A stretch of DNA of 64,000 nucleotides, taken from assembly GCF_053078305.1 (NCBI RefSeq), contig NZ_CP166879.1; one strand, given 5' to 3'. A model generated the notes under the pieces. The model was not told where the DNA came from. It saw only the letters and a list, made by a program, of their open reading frames with translations, and searched no databases. A program made the position numbers and the translations under genes. The stretch's first letter is position 1; each line of letters starts with the position of its first letter. Below, piece after piece: positions 27,839 through 37,431 of the stretch.

Positions 27839-28972
27839 ATGAAGACAGAAAATCACCCAAAAGACGCAAATCGCCCCTCTGGTTTAGCCGTGCTTTCAGC
27901 TTCGCTGACTGCATCCGGCGACGGATGGTGTCAGTTACTGCCAGCAGGCAGGGTAAAGGCCCGTGACGGTCGCCCGGAAAAACCGGCTGAAGGCTGGCTG
28001 ATTAACGAATCCGCCTGCAACCGGATGAAAGCCGGGCTTTCCGCCCTGAATCAGCCGTTACTGATTGATTATGACCATCACTCCATGAATGCGCGGAAAA
28101 ACGGATTCAAGGCCATTGCCGCAGGTTGGGTTAAGCCGGAAAACATCGAATGGCGTGAGGGTCAGGGGATTTTCATTAAACCTGAATGGACGCCGCAGGC
28201 CCAAAAACATATTGATGACCGTGAATATGCCTATCTGTCTGCGTATATGCATTATTTCGCTGACACCGGGGAACCCTACCTGTTGCGCATGGCTTCCCTG
28301 ACGAATGATCCAGGTATTACGGGTATGAACCCTGTCGCAGCACTCAGTGCTGACGATCTCTATGTAGTTTCCCCTTCTCAGGAGCAACACCCCATGAATG
28401 AGCAATTACGCCAGTTGCTGACGGCGCTCGGTCTGACCGTGGCTGATGGTGACGAATTTACGCCGGAGCTGGGCACGGCAGCGCTGTCTGCCCTCACCGG
28501 GATCAAAACCCGTGCGGATGCACACGACAACCTGAAAACACAGGTCGCCTGTCTGTCGGCAGAGCTGGAAACTGCAAAAGGCACACCGGCTGGCGGCAGT
28601 ATTGATCTGACGAAATACGTGCCCGTTGAAACGTATAACGCCCTGCGTACCGAATACGTTGCGCTGTCGGCGCAGCACGGCAGCACCACGCTGGAGCAGT
28701 TGCTGGACAAGGCCGAGTCCGAAGGACGCATCTTCAAAAGTGAACGCGGCTATCTGGAACAACTGGGCGGGCAGATTGGCGTGGCGGCACTTTCTGCACA
28801 GCTTGACGCCCGACAGCCGGTTGCGGCCCTGACCGGTCTTCAGACCGACACCGTGACCGTGCCGGATAAAAAGACTGCCACCGCTGTGCTGTCGGCTGAA
28901 GATATCGCGGCCGCCAAACTGCTGGGTAAAACCGAAGCCGAGTTCCTGAAAATGAAAGAGGAAATGCAATAA
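27839..28972 (+). CDS. head protease / scaffold protein (Mu I/gp32-like)
   Basis: 377 aa. The N-terminal region (WCQLLPAGRVKARDGRP...LLIDYDHHS) matches the Mu-I protease family, with an Ala-rich coiled-coil C-terminal scaffold part. Confidence 0.85.
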   Translation: MKTENHPKDANRPSGLAVLSASLTASGDGWCQLLPAGRVKARDGRPEKPAEGWLINESACNRMKAGLSALNQPLLIDYDHHSMNARKNGFKAIAAGWVKPENIEWREGQGIFIKPEWTPQAQKHIDDREYAYLSAYMHYFADTGEPYLLRMASLTNDPGITGMNPVAALSADDLYVVSPSQEQHPMNEQLRQLLTALGLTVADGDEFTPELGTAALSALTGIKTRADAHDNLKTQVACLSAELETAKGTPAGGSIDLTKYVPVETYNALRTEYVALSAQHGSTTLEQLLDKAESEGRIFKSERGYLEQLGGQIGVAALSAQLDARQPVAALTGLQTDTVTVPDKKTATAVLSAEDIAAAKLLGKTEAEFLKMKEEMQ

Positions 28973-29919
28973 TGCCTACCCCGATTACACCGGCGATGAT
29001 CACCGCCCTGATGACGGGCTACCGTTCTGATTTTCAGGCCGGGATGTCCATGGCCCCGTCGCAGTACAAAAAAATTGCGATGACCGTGCCCTCCACATCG
29101 AAATCCAACACCTACGGCTGGCTGGGGCATGCGCCTCATTTTCGTGAGTGGATTGGTTCTCGTGTGATCCAGAAAATGAAAGCGCACGGTTATTCCATTG
29201 TAAACAAGACCTGGGAAGATACCGTCCCTGTTAATCGTGATGATTTTGAGGACGATAATCTCGGTATTTACTCGCCTTTATTTCAGGAGCTTGGTCGTGC
29301 CGCTGCTGTTCAGCCGGATGAGCTTGTATTTGCTGCTCTGCGTGATGGTCTGAAAAGTGCGTGTTACGACGGTCAGAACTTCTTTGATACCGAACACCCC
29401 GTCTACCCAAATGTGGATGGTACCGGTGATGTGGCGCTGGTCAGCAACATGTTTGTGGCAAAAACCGGCTCTGTCGGTGCACAGGCGGATTACAGCGGAC
29501 CGGCCTGGTATCTGCTCGACTGCTCCCGTGCAATAAAACCCATCATCTATCAGAGCCGCCGCAAGGTTGAACTGGTTGCACAGACCAAAATTGATGAAGG
29601 TCGCGCATTCACTGATAACGAGTTTGTGTTCGGTGCATCCGTTCGTCACAACGTGGGCTACGGCTTCTGGCAGATGGCCTACATGATGCAGTCACCGCTG
29701 ACGCTGGATGCACTGTGGCACGGCTGGTCAGCCATGCGCGAATTTACCGCTGACGGTGGCCGCAAATTAGGCATAAAACCCACCCATATTGTTGTCCCCA
29801 CCTCGCTGGAAAAACAGGCGGTGCAGCTGCTGGAGCGTGAACTGTTCGCAGACGGAAACGCAACCGTCTCTAACGAGATGAAGGGCAAGCTGGAGCTGGT
29901 TGTCGCGGATTATCTGTAA
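28972..29919 (+). CDS. major capsid protein (Mu T/gp34-like)
   Basis: 315 aa with TAATG coupling to the protease-scaffold gene. Size and position match Mu T. Confidence 0.85.
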   Translation: MPTPITPAMITALMTGYRSDFQAGMSMAPSQYKKIAMTVPSTSKSNTYGWLGHAPHFREWIGSRVIQKMKAHGYSIVNKTWEDTVPVNRDDFEDDNLGIYSPLFQELGRAAAVQPDELVFAALRDGLKSACYDGQNFFDTEHPVYPNVDGTGDVALVSNMFVAKTGSVGAQADYSGPAWYLLDCSRAIKPIIYQSRRKVELVAQTKIDEGRAFTDNEFVFGASVRHNVGYGFWQMAYMMQSPLTLDALWHGWSAMREFTADGGRKLGIKPTHIVVPTSLEKQAVQLLERELFADGNATVSNEMKGKLELVVADYL

Positions 29920-29962
29920 ATGGTGAGCCGGGCTTACGGCCCGGCCCCTGCGGAGGGCAAAT

Positions 29963-30316
29963 ATGAATGAACATCACACTGTGGCAGCAACAGATGATTC
30001 AGGTCTTCAGGTCAGTGGTGACAATTCTGTCACGGTGCTGGCAGAAGTGCGTTGCAGTCGTTCGGCGTTTCGTCGTGCGGGGTTCCTGTTCACGCGTGGA
30101 CGTCAGCAGGTTGAGGTCACCCCGGAGCAGCTTGCCCGACTGGAGGCGGAGCCATGCCTCACTGTGCGAATACTACAGACGTCTGCTGATGATGCGGGGA
30201 GCGTGGCGGGTGTGGTTCATGCAGTGGCCGGTACAGATTTAGCCGAAGCCGGACAGGATGCTCCCCGGAAAAAGACCGGTAACAAAGCGAAACAGGCGAA
30301 AAAGGCCCGCGCATGA
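29963..30316 (+). CDS. hypothetical head-associated protein (Mu gp35-like position)
   Basis: 117-aa ORF with SD GGAGGG. Lys-rich C-terminal tail. Called by synteny. Confidence 0.5.
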   Translation: MNEHHTVAATDDSGLQVSGDNSVTVLAEVRCSRSAFRRAGFLFTRGRQQVEVTPEQLARLEAEPCLTVRILQTSADDAGSVAGVVHAVAGTDLAEAGQDAPRKKTGNKAKQAKKARA

Positions 30317-30732
30317 ATTACGCCACTGAAACCGATATGCGGGCGCGTTACCGCGAGGATTTGCTCAGGCCGTTACTGGCTGTGCCCCGTTCGGATGAGC
30401 CGGACATGCGCAAGCTGAACCGGGCGCTGACAGATGCGTCAGCCCTTATCGACAGCTATCTGTCCGCCCGTTACACGCTGCCGCTGGAGGTTATCCCGGC
30501 TGTTCTTGTTCAGCACTGTTGCGCGATTGCCTTTTATTACCTGTGCGATCAGCGAGCCTCCGATCAGGCGCGTGACCGTTACCGTGAGGCGCTGGCCTGG
30601 CTGAAAGATGTCATGAACGGCAATGTGCCGGTAGGTGTGGATACGAACGGAGCGGCCCCTGAATCCGGGGATTTACCACAGGTTCAGTCTGATGCAGCGG
30701 TATTCGGGCGCAACCAGAAGGGCTTCATATGA
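30313..30732 (+). CDS. head-tail connector-type protein (Mu gp36-like)
   Basis: 139-aa ORF with ATGA coupling. Called by synteny with Mu J/gp36. Confidence 0.55.
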   Translation: MNYATETDMRARYREDLLRPLLAVPRSDEPDMRKLNRALTDASALIDSYLSARYTLPLEVIPAVLVQHCCAIAFYYLCDQRASDQARDRYREALAWLKDVMNGNVPVGVDTNGAAPESGDLPQVQSDAAVFGRNQKGFI

Positions 30733-31289
30733 TTACGGAAACCGAACAGGCATACATCGCCCGTATCCGTGAGTATTTCGGGAATGAACTTGTGTCTGTT
30801 GACACGCATCCCGGCGACTGGAGCGACAGCGTACTGCGCACCATGCTGATTAACGCCCCGGCGATCTACGTTGCCTGGCTGGGTGCCGGTGAAGGCCGTA
30901 CCCGTGGTCGCCTGGTCAGTCACTGGGTGTTCTACGTCATCGGCGACATGCTCAACGGGCGTGAGGCCAGCCGTCCCGGACTGTATCAGATTGTGGCCCG
31001 GCTGATTGCCGTGCTTAACGGCTTCAGAACAGAAAAAACCTCACCGCTTTACTTTGAAAAGGCGGTCAACGGTTACACTGAAACCCAGGCGGACAGTGGT
31101 GCGGTGATGTATGCGCTTTATTTCTCCTGCGAGGAAATGATCGCGCCACTGACGGATATCAGCTCGCTGGACGACTTCCTGCGTCATTACGAAACCTTTG
31201 TGGAGCCGCCCGGTACGCTGCCGTTTGAGGCACATATTGATTTGCCGGGGAACACGACAACGGCGGTCGAACCGCCGGAGGAACTGTAA
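30729..31289 (+). CDS. head-tail joining-type protein (Mu gp37-like)
   Basis: 186-aa ORF with ATGA coupling. Called by synteny. Confidence 0.55.
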   Translation: MITETEQAYIARIREYFGNELVSVDTHPGDWSDSVLRTMLINAPAIYVAWLGAGEGRTRGRLVSHWVFYVIGDMLNGREASRPGLYQIVARLIAVLNGFRTEKTSPLYFEKAVNGYTETQADSGAVMYALYFSCEEMIAPLTDISSLDDFLRHYETFVEPPGTLPFEAHIDLPGNTTTAVEPPEEL

Positions 31290-31535
31290 ATGAAAACCAT
31301 CTTTATCAAACCCGCGCCGGGACGCCTGATTCGTGATCCCGACACAATGCGCCCGCTGGCACAGGAGGGGGAGGAAAAGCCCTTCACGCCGTTCTGGTGT
31401 CGGCGTCTTGATGACGGCGATGTCATTCAGGCTGAAAAAGCCGCTGAAGAGGCTCCGGCTGTATCTGCGGATGCAACGACTGCGACAGAAAAACCGGTCG
31501 CCCAACCGGCATCCGATAAGGAGAAACCGCAATGA
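31290..31535 (+). CDS. small hypothetical protein (Mu gp38-like position)
   Basis: 81-aa ORF between connector genes and the sheath gene, translationally coupled at both ends. Confidence 0.5.
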   Translation: MKTIFIKPAPGRLIRDPDTMRPLAQEGEEKPFTPFWCRRLDDGDVIQAEKAAEEAPAVSADATTATEKPVAQPASDKEKPQ

Positions 31536-33034
31536 TTAATTTTGACGGGATCGGTAATGACCGCCGTATACCGCTGATTGAGGTTGAGTTTAATAACTCC
31601 ATGGCTGTCACCGGCACCCCGGCACAGCGTCAGTGTGTACTGCTGTTTGGTCAGGCGAGAATGAAAGAGAATGCCGTGGACGGTACCGGTGTTCTGGATG
31701 TTCCGGTCAGGATCACCCGTGCGTCTCAGGCAACAGAACTCTGGGGGCGCGGCTCCATGATTGCCCTGATGGTGGCGGAATTTATCGCCATCAATCCTGA
31801 TGCTGAACTGTATGCCATTGCTCAGGGGAACGGCACCGGACAGGCAACGGCTGCGGCCATGAATCTGACCGGAACGGTCACCCGTGACGGGATTGTTTAT
31901 GCCTGCGTGGGGGGGCGACGTTATACACTCCCGGCACCAAAAGGTAAGAAAGGCAAAGAACTGACCGACGAGCTGGCCGCGCTGATCAATGCCGATCCTG
32001 ACGCGCCCTTCACGGCCTCCTCTGGTGCAGGAAGTGGTGATAATGGCGCAGGTCTGAAAGGGTCTCTGGGGATCACCGCCCGGTTTACCGGTGAATGCTC
32101 CGTGCATGATGTGCGCCTGAACTATCACGACGGGGAAGCAACCCCGGAAGGAATACAGGTCGCTATAGCCTATCCGAAACAAAAAGCGGCTAACCCGGAT
32201 ATCACCCGAAGCGTGGCGGGTATGGGCGATCGCCAGTACAACTATGTCGTCATGCCCTATAAGGATGATGCAAACCTGAAAATCATCAGTGATGAGCTTC
32301 TGAAACGCTGGGGACCGGCCAAAATGTCTGACGGCGTGCTGTGGCTGGCACATACCGGCACGTTTGGTGAGGTGCAGGCATTCGGGGCAAAACGCAATGA
32401 TTTTCTGGCGACCTGCACATCCATTCCCAAAGCCCCTGAACCGGATTACCTCTGGGCCGCGGCGGTCTGCGCCACCTGTGCACCCTCTCTGGGAGCAGAT
32501 CCTGCGCGTCCGCTTCAGACGCTGGCGCTTCCGTCACGCATGGCCCCGGCTCCGGCCGATCGTCTGACGCGTGAAGAGCGTAACAGTCTGCTGTGGGGAG
32601 GGATTGCCACGGTCAGTGTGGCTGCCGGTGATGTGGTTCAGATCGAACGTCAGGTGACCATGTATCGCCAGAACGTGTACGGCGAAAGTGATCCCAGCTA
32701 TCTGGATGTGGAAACCATCTACACCCTCTCCTGGCTGCGTTATTCCCTGCGTACTTTTATCACACAACGTTTTCCGCGCCATAAACTGGCTGATGACGGG
32801 ACGCCCGTTCGTGCCGGTCAGAATATCGTGACACCGGAGATCATGAAGCTTCAGTTAATTTCGCTGGGTGAAGAGTGGGTGGAACTCGGGCTGGTCGAAA
32901 ATCTGGACACCTTTAAAAAGAATCTGCTTGTGGAGCGTAATGCGTCAGATCGAAACCGTCTTGACGTGTTATGCACGCCGGATCTGGTTAACCAGTTCCG
33001 CTTCCTGGCAGCACAGATCCGTTTCATTTTGTGA
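31532..33034 (+). CDS. contractile tail sheath protein (Mu L/gp39-like)
   Basis: 500 aa. Size and position match Mu L (495 aa). It precedes the tube gene. Confidence 0.85.
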   Translation: MINFDGIGNDRRIPLIEVEFNNSMAVTGTPAQRQCVLLFGQARMKENAVDGTGVLDVPVRITRASQATELWGRGSMIALMVAEFIAINPDAELYAIAQGNGTGQATAAAMNLTGTVTRDGIVYACVGGRRYTLPAPKGKKGKELTDELAALINADPDAPFTASSGAGSGDNGAGLKGSLGITARFTGECSVHDVRLNYHDGEATPEGIQVAIAYPKQKAANPDITRSVAGMGDRQYNYVVMPYKDDANLKIISDELLKRWGPAKMSDGVLWLAHTGTFGEVQAFGAKRNDFLATCTSIPKAPEPDYLWAAAVCATCAPSLGADPARPLQTLALPSRMAPAPADRLTREERNSLLWGGIATVSVAAGDVVQIERQVTMYRQNVYGESDPSYLDVETIYTLSWLRYSLRTFITQRFPRHKLADDGTPVRAGQNIVTPEIMKLQLISLGEEWVELGLVENLDTFKKNLLVERNASDRNRLDVLCTPDLVNQFRFLAAQIRFIL

Positions 33035-33042
33035 GGTAAGGC

Positions 33043-33408
33043 ATGAGCGGAAAACAGTATCAGGGCACGGCCACTATCCGTGTGAACGGTCAGGAATACG
33101 AGACGCTTGAGGGGGCTACATTTTCTCCGTCAGGTTTTGAACGTGAAGTGGTGAAAGGCGCGAAAGTCTATGGTTACCGCCAGAAACCACGTGAAGCGAC
33201 GCTGGACTGCAAATTTCCGGCAGGCGGAGAAGGCTCACCAGCCGCTGATGAAATCAACAACTGGACTGCGGTCACTATCGAGTTTGTGGCGGATACCGGC
33301 GAAGTCCACATGATGACGAAGGCCTGGAGCAGTGAACCGGCCTCGCTTGACGGTGGCGGGGAGATCTCCGTGAAGTTCGCCAGCGCCACCAGTACCCGTG
33401 TTCAGTGA
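33043..33408 (+). CDS. tail tube protein (Mu M/gp40-like)
   Basis: 121 aa, immediately after the sheath gene. Confidence 0.8.
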   Translation: MSGKQYQGTATIRVNGQEYETLEGATFSPSGFEREVVKGAKVYGYRQKPREATLDCKFPAGGEGSPAADEINNWTAVTIEFVADTGEVHMMTKAWSSEPASLDGGGEISVKFASATSTRVQ

Positions 33409-33422
33409 TCAGGAAAAATAAA

Positions 33423-33899
33423 ATGACCACACGTAAGAAAAAAACGGCAGTTTCCGAGGCAGCCGTGATGGAGGCAATCCGGGAAGCACTTGAGGGGGCT
33501 GATCCACGCACTGCCGGGCTGACAGAGCAACTGGCAAAGGGATATGTGGATCTGCTTGATGGTCTGCCGTTTGGTGAGACCCGTGAATATCGTGTCACGT
33601 TCCGGGAACTGACAGCGAAAGACAGTATTGACGCAGAAGCAGAAGCCGAGCGCGTGGTGGAGACAAACAATGGCCCGATGCTGATAGCGTCTCCGTCGTT
33701 ACGCGGTGTTGCACTGCTGCGCCGTCAGATTGCCGAAGTGGGAGACATTGAAGGTCCGTTGTCACCCCGTCAGATTGGACAGTTAAGCGAGCGCGATCTC
33801 TCCCGCCTGATGGCAGCGGTCAGCCTGCTGGATACCGCGCTTGCCGGAAAGCTGGCAGCTGACCGGGGGCGATCAGGCGCAGTGTCGGGATCAGATTGA
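33423..33899 (+). CDS. tail assembly chaperone (Mu gp41-like)
   Basis: ORF-track 33405-33899. ATG at 33423 follows AGGA. Located between the tube and tape-measure genes. Confidence 0.6.
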   Translation: MTTRKKKTAVSEAAVMEAIREALEGADPRTAGLTEQLAKGYVDLLDGLPFGETREYRVTFRELTAKDSIDAEAEAERVVETNNGPMLIASPSLRGVALLRRQIAEVGDIEGPLSPRQIGQLSERDLSRLMAAVSLLDTALAGKLAADRGRSGAVSGSD

Positions 33900-34023
33900 A
33901 GAAGCGGCAATTATCCTGGGGATGGTGACAAAAAGCGGCCCGGAATGGGCGCTTAACCTCCCCCTGTCGCAACTTTACCGGCACTGCCGACAGACAGAAA
34001 AAATCATCAGAACGAAGCAGTAA
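33841..34023 (+). other. alternative-frame extension of the tail chaperone (candidate programmed frameshift product)
   Basis: An open frame offset by +1 (equivalently -2) overlaps the last ~60 nt of the chaperone gene. It runs to 2 nt before the tape-measure start. This matches the conserved two-ORF chaperone arrangement upstream of tape-measure genes. Confidence 0.4.
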
Positions 34024-34025
34024 GT

Positions 34026-36095
34026 ATGGCCCGAAATCTCAGAGCATCTCTGATAGTTGATTTGCTCGGCAATATCTCAGCCAAATCCCGCCAGTGGTCT
34101 CAGGAGCTGGGGGCATTCTCACACTCCGGCCAGGCGGGGCTGGGTGGTCTGGGAAATGCTGCCCGCCGTGCCGGGCAGGAAACAGATGTACTCGGAAGCA
34201 GGATGCAGCGCACGCTGGCCGGGGTGCGGGGCAGTATCCGCCATGTTACTTCTGATTTTGACCGTCTTCAGGGCAGTATTACCGGCACCATCGGGCGGAT
34301 CAGCAATCTTTACGGAATGCTGGCCGGTGGTGCTGCTGTATATGGCTTTAACCGGGGATTTATTCGCCCGGCAGCGGAGATGGAAACCTATATGATTCGC
34401 CTGAACTCCCTTTACAAAGGGGATCGGGCGAAAACGGATGATGTCCGCAGGTGGGCAATACAGAATGCGAAGGAAACCACCTGGGGGCTGGCTGGCGTCA
34501 TGCAGGAATATACGTCCAGTCTGGGCTTTGGTATGAGTGACAGGGAGGCCCGAAATTTTGTCACCATGCTTCAGGATCAGGGTGCCGTGGGCGGCTGGTC
34601 ACTGTCCGATGCACAGGGGGCATCCCTGCAACTGAAACAGATGTATGCAAGAGGCAGTATTCAGGCGGCGGATGCAAATATTCTTGCCACCTACGGCATT
34701 AATGCCTACCGCGTGCTGGCTGATCGTCTGGGTGTGGACCAGAAAGTGGTCAGAAAACTTGGTGAAAAAGGGCTGCTTGGGCCGGACAGTATTCGCCTGT
34801 TATTTCAGACGCTGGCGGAACAGGCCAGGGGAGCACAAAAGGACGCAATGAATTCCTGGAGTGGCCTGACGGCCATGATGGGTGACGTCTGGGATCAGTT
34901 TGCCCGGGATGTGATGGACAGTGGGCCATTTGAAAAACTGAAGGGTAATCTCAGGGGATTTCTTTCATGGGTTGACAGTGCCAAATCTGATGGCAGTTAC
35001 CATTCCCTGGCGGAAAGCACAGCATCAGCCATGAACCAGGGCTTTGAGTATGCCCGTGATGCAGTGACAGGGTTTTATCAGGCGATCAGAAAGGTACGCG
35101 ACACGCTTCAGGCTCTGCGGGATGCGGGCTATGGTGATGCGCTGGATCGCATTGGTCAGGGGGCACAGACCGCCGCGAAATACCTGCTGTACATGTATCT
35201 CGCCACCCGTGCACTGAAGGTAGTCCGCGCAATCGGGCTGGGAGCACTGCGACCAGGAGCGGCATTGTTGGGGTACGGATTATCCGCGGCGGCCGTGCTG
35301 ACCTCTCCTTTCCGCAAACCACAAACTACCGTACCGGGAACGCCGCCAGGACGCGGCCAGCGCTTTATAAACTTTCTTACCGGGGTAAATCCGGCAGCCG
35401 TTCAGCCAGTGCTTGTAACAAACTGGCCCGCAGGAGGGCTGTCCGGCACCGGCGCGACCGATACATCCTCAGGCGGACGTCAGGGGCGGGGTCGCAGGAA
35501 ACGCGGACCGGGGCGCGGAAGACCGGTCACGCCTCCCCTGCCACCGTCCCCTGTGCCACCGTCGCCCTCTTCTGGTGGGTCAGGGTTCTGGGGGCGCATG
35601 ATGGGGCGCGCCGGTGGGTTGCTTTCGTCTGCCGGTAACCGCATGGGACTGGGGCGTTTCTCCGGCTTTTTCCGCAGTGCCGGTGGACTGGCTGGACGGC
35701 TGGGTGGCGGTGCCCTGTGGGCTGGCGCGATGGCAGCCCCGGTTCTGCTGGATGGCAGCGCCAGTATCACAGACAAGGGAGAAGCGGTCGGCTCTCTTGC
35801 AGGCAGTATTGCCGGTGGTGCGCTGGGGGCGGCAGCCGGACCTGTGGGGATTGCCATTGGTTCCACGGTGGGCAGCTATCTCGGTAACTATCTGGGGGGG
35901 TGGCTGACTGAAGCCTGGCAGAAATTACGGGGCAGTGATGATGAAAGCAGTGGACAGGCGGTACAAAAAGCCTCTGCCCGTGTGGAGCTGGTTGCCCCGG
36001 AAGGGTGGCAGGCTCGCAGTATTGATATTGATGACACGTCCGGTCACGGACTGGATGTGAATGTCTGGAACGGAGGGAATTATGGCCTCTGGTGA
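34026..36095 (+). CDS. tail tape measure protein (Mu gp42-like)
   Basis: 689 aa with a helical N-terminal two-thirds and a Gly/Pro/Arg-rich low-complexity C-terminal region. Position is after the chaperone. Confidence 0.85.
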   Translation: MARNLRASLIVDLLGNISAKSRQWSQELGAFSHSGQAGLGGLGNAARRAGQETDVLGSRMQRTLAGVRGSIRHVTSDFDRLQGSITGTIGRISNLYGMLAGGAAVYGFNRGFIRPAAEMETYMIRLNSLYKGDRAKTDDVRRWAIQNAKETTWGLAGVMQEYTSSLGFGMSDREARNFVTMLQDQGAVGGWSLSDAQGASLQLKQMYARGSIQAADANILATYGINAYRVLADRLGVDQKVVRKLGEKGLLGPDSIRLLFQTLAEQARGAQKDAMNSWSGLTAMMGDVWDQFARDVMDSGPFEKLKGNLRGFLSWVDSAKSDGSYHSLAESTASAMNQGFEYARDAVTGFYQAIRKVRDTLQALRDAGYGDALDRIGQGAQTAAKYLLYMYLATRALKVVRAIGLGALRPGAALLGYGLSAAAVLTSPFRKPQTTVPGTPPGRGQRFINFLTGVNPAAVQPVLVTNWPAGGLSGTGATDTSSGGRQGRGRRKRGPGRGRPVTPPLPPSPVPPSPSSGGSGFWGRMMGRAGGLLSSAGNRMGLGRFSGFFRSAGGLAGRLGGGALWAGAMAAPVLLDGSASITDKGEAVGSLAGSIAGGALGAAAGPVGIAIGSTVGSYLGNYLGGWLTEAWQKLRGSDDESSGQAVQKASARVELVAPEGWQARSIDIDDTSGHGLDVNVWNGGNYGLW

Positions 36096-37431
36096 CGGTC
36101 GTGGTGCGTTCCGTGGTGTGCCGTTCCTCGTCTGGCGTGAGCAGCGCGAACGTGGCGGGCGAAACATTGTCCGTCGGGAATATCCGTTACGGGAAACCGG
36201 TGGGGCAGACGATCTGGGACCTAAACTGGCTGAATTTACGTTCAGTGTACTTGTGATGGGGGATGATGTTCAGACGCAGCGAAATCGTCTGCGTGATGCC
36301 CTTCGTGCTCCCGGTGCCGGGGAGCTGCTTCACCCGGATTACGGCACGTTAAATGTGCTGATAAACAGCTTTGAAAGTCGTTATAACGCCGCTGAACAGG
36401 GCGTGGTTGAGTTCACCATTAATGTCACGCCGGTAAGTGATGATACTGCACCTGCTGTCACACAGGACACGGCCGCCATTCTGGAGCAGAAGAGTACCAC
36501 CGCGCTCGGGCAGGTTTTTGAAACCCTGGAAGCGGGCTGGACGGTGATTTCTGACGGAATGCACGATGTCCAGGCAATGACCGAAACCATCAGCGATAAG
36601 GTGTCCGCCCTGGAAAATGCCGTTTCCGGCATGGGGATTGTACAGGATATCAGTGCCTTTACTGCCACGTTCACGGCGCTGAAAGGGAATGCCACGGCAT
36701 TACTGACAGCACCTTCCCGCATGGCCTCATCTTTTGCGGGGCTTTTCAGTGCCCTGATCACCCTGCCATCGCTGCCGTCACTGTCTTCAGGAGGCCTGAA
36801 TACCCGGCCCGGTGGCAGTATCGGCCGGACGACATCCGCCGTCTCTCAGGGAATGCCGCAACTGTACAGGACATTATCTTCCCTGCGTTACGTGCTGGAT
36901 GAGCAGGATAATCCGCAGACTCTCATCGGTCTGACACCGGCAGCACAAAAGAATATTCGTCTGATACGGGCGGTAATGCAGAGTGCTGCCGTGGTGGCCC
37001 AGGCACAGACCGTGGGAAAACTGCTGGATCAGGTTCTCAGTCAGGAAACCCTGCCGGACAGTGACGCAGCCCACCGTACCTGGCCTGTCTGGCTGGAAAG
37101 TTCAGTTGATCTTCAGCGCATTAACCGTGACTTAAGCGAAGCGCTCGAACGGCAGGTGATGACACTGTCCGGGCAGGGGTATACCGCCACGGCGCTGACG
37201 CTTCGTGATGCCAGACTGGCACTGACAGAGGATCTGAATACACGGGGAGTTCAGCTATCCGGTGCAACAGTAGTGACTGTACGTACCACCGAGCCTGCAC
37301 TGGTGACCCTGTACCGTGCCACCGGGAACAGTACCGGCTGGCAACGTTTTGTGCGCCGTAACGGTATTGTTGATCCGCTGTTCATTCCCGGAGGCCATTC
37401 AGTGGAGGTGATTAGTGAGCAGCAGGGTTGA
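36082..37431 (+). CDS. DNA circularisation protein (Mu N/gp43-like)
   Basis: ORF-track 36061-37431. ATG at 36082 follows GGAGGG. N-terminus FRGVPFLVWREQRERGGRNIVRREYP is typical of the Mu N family. Confidence 0.8.
   Translation: MASGDGRGAFRGVPFLVWREQRERGGRNIVRREYPLRETGGADDLGPKLAEFTFSVLVMGDDVQTQRNRLRDALRAPGAGELLHPDYGTLNVLINSFESRYNAAEQGVVEFTINVTPVSDDTAPAVTQDTAAILEQKSTTALGQVFETLEAGWTVISDGMHDVQAMTETISDKVSALENAVSGMGIVQDISAFTATFTALKGNATALLTAPSRMASSFAGLFSALITLPSLPSLSSGGLNTRPGGSIGRTTSAVSQGMPQLYRTLSSLRYVLDEQDNPQTLIGLTPAAQKNIRLIRAVMQSAAVVAQAQTVGKLLDQVLSQETLPDSDAAHRTWPVWLESSVDLQRINRDLSEALERQVMTLSGQGYTATALTLRDARLALTEDLNTRGVQLSGATVVTVRTTEPALVTLYRATGNSTGWQRFVRRNGIVDPLFIPGGHSVEVISEQQG

Noticed and set aside
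29920-29962. GC-rich hairpin (GCCGGGC…GCCCGGC) after the major capsid gene
   Set aside because: Short stem with no U-tract. Possibly an mRNA-stability or attenuation element, but not distinctive enough to call.
31427-32353. 308-aa minus-strand ORF
   Set aside because: It lies entirely antisense to the well-supported tail sheath gene. The composition is Gly/Arg/His-rich, typical of a shadow ORF in GC-rich coding sequence, and it has no ribosome-binding context.
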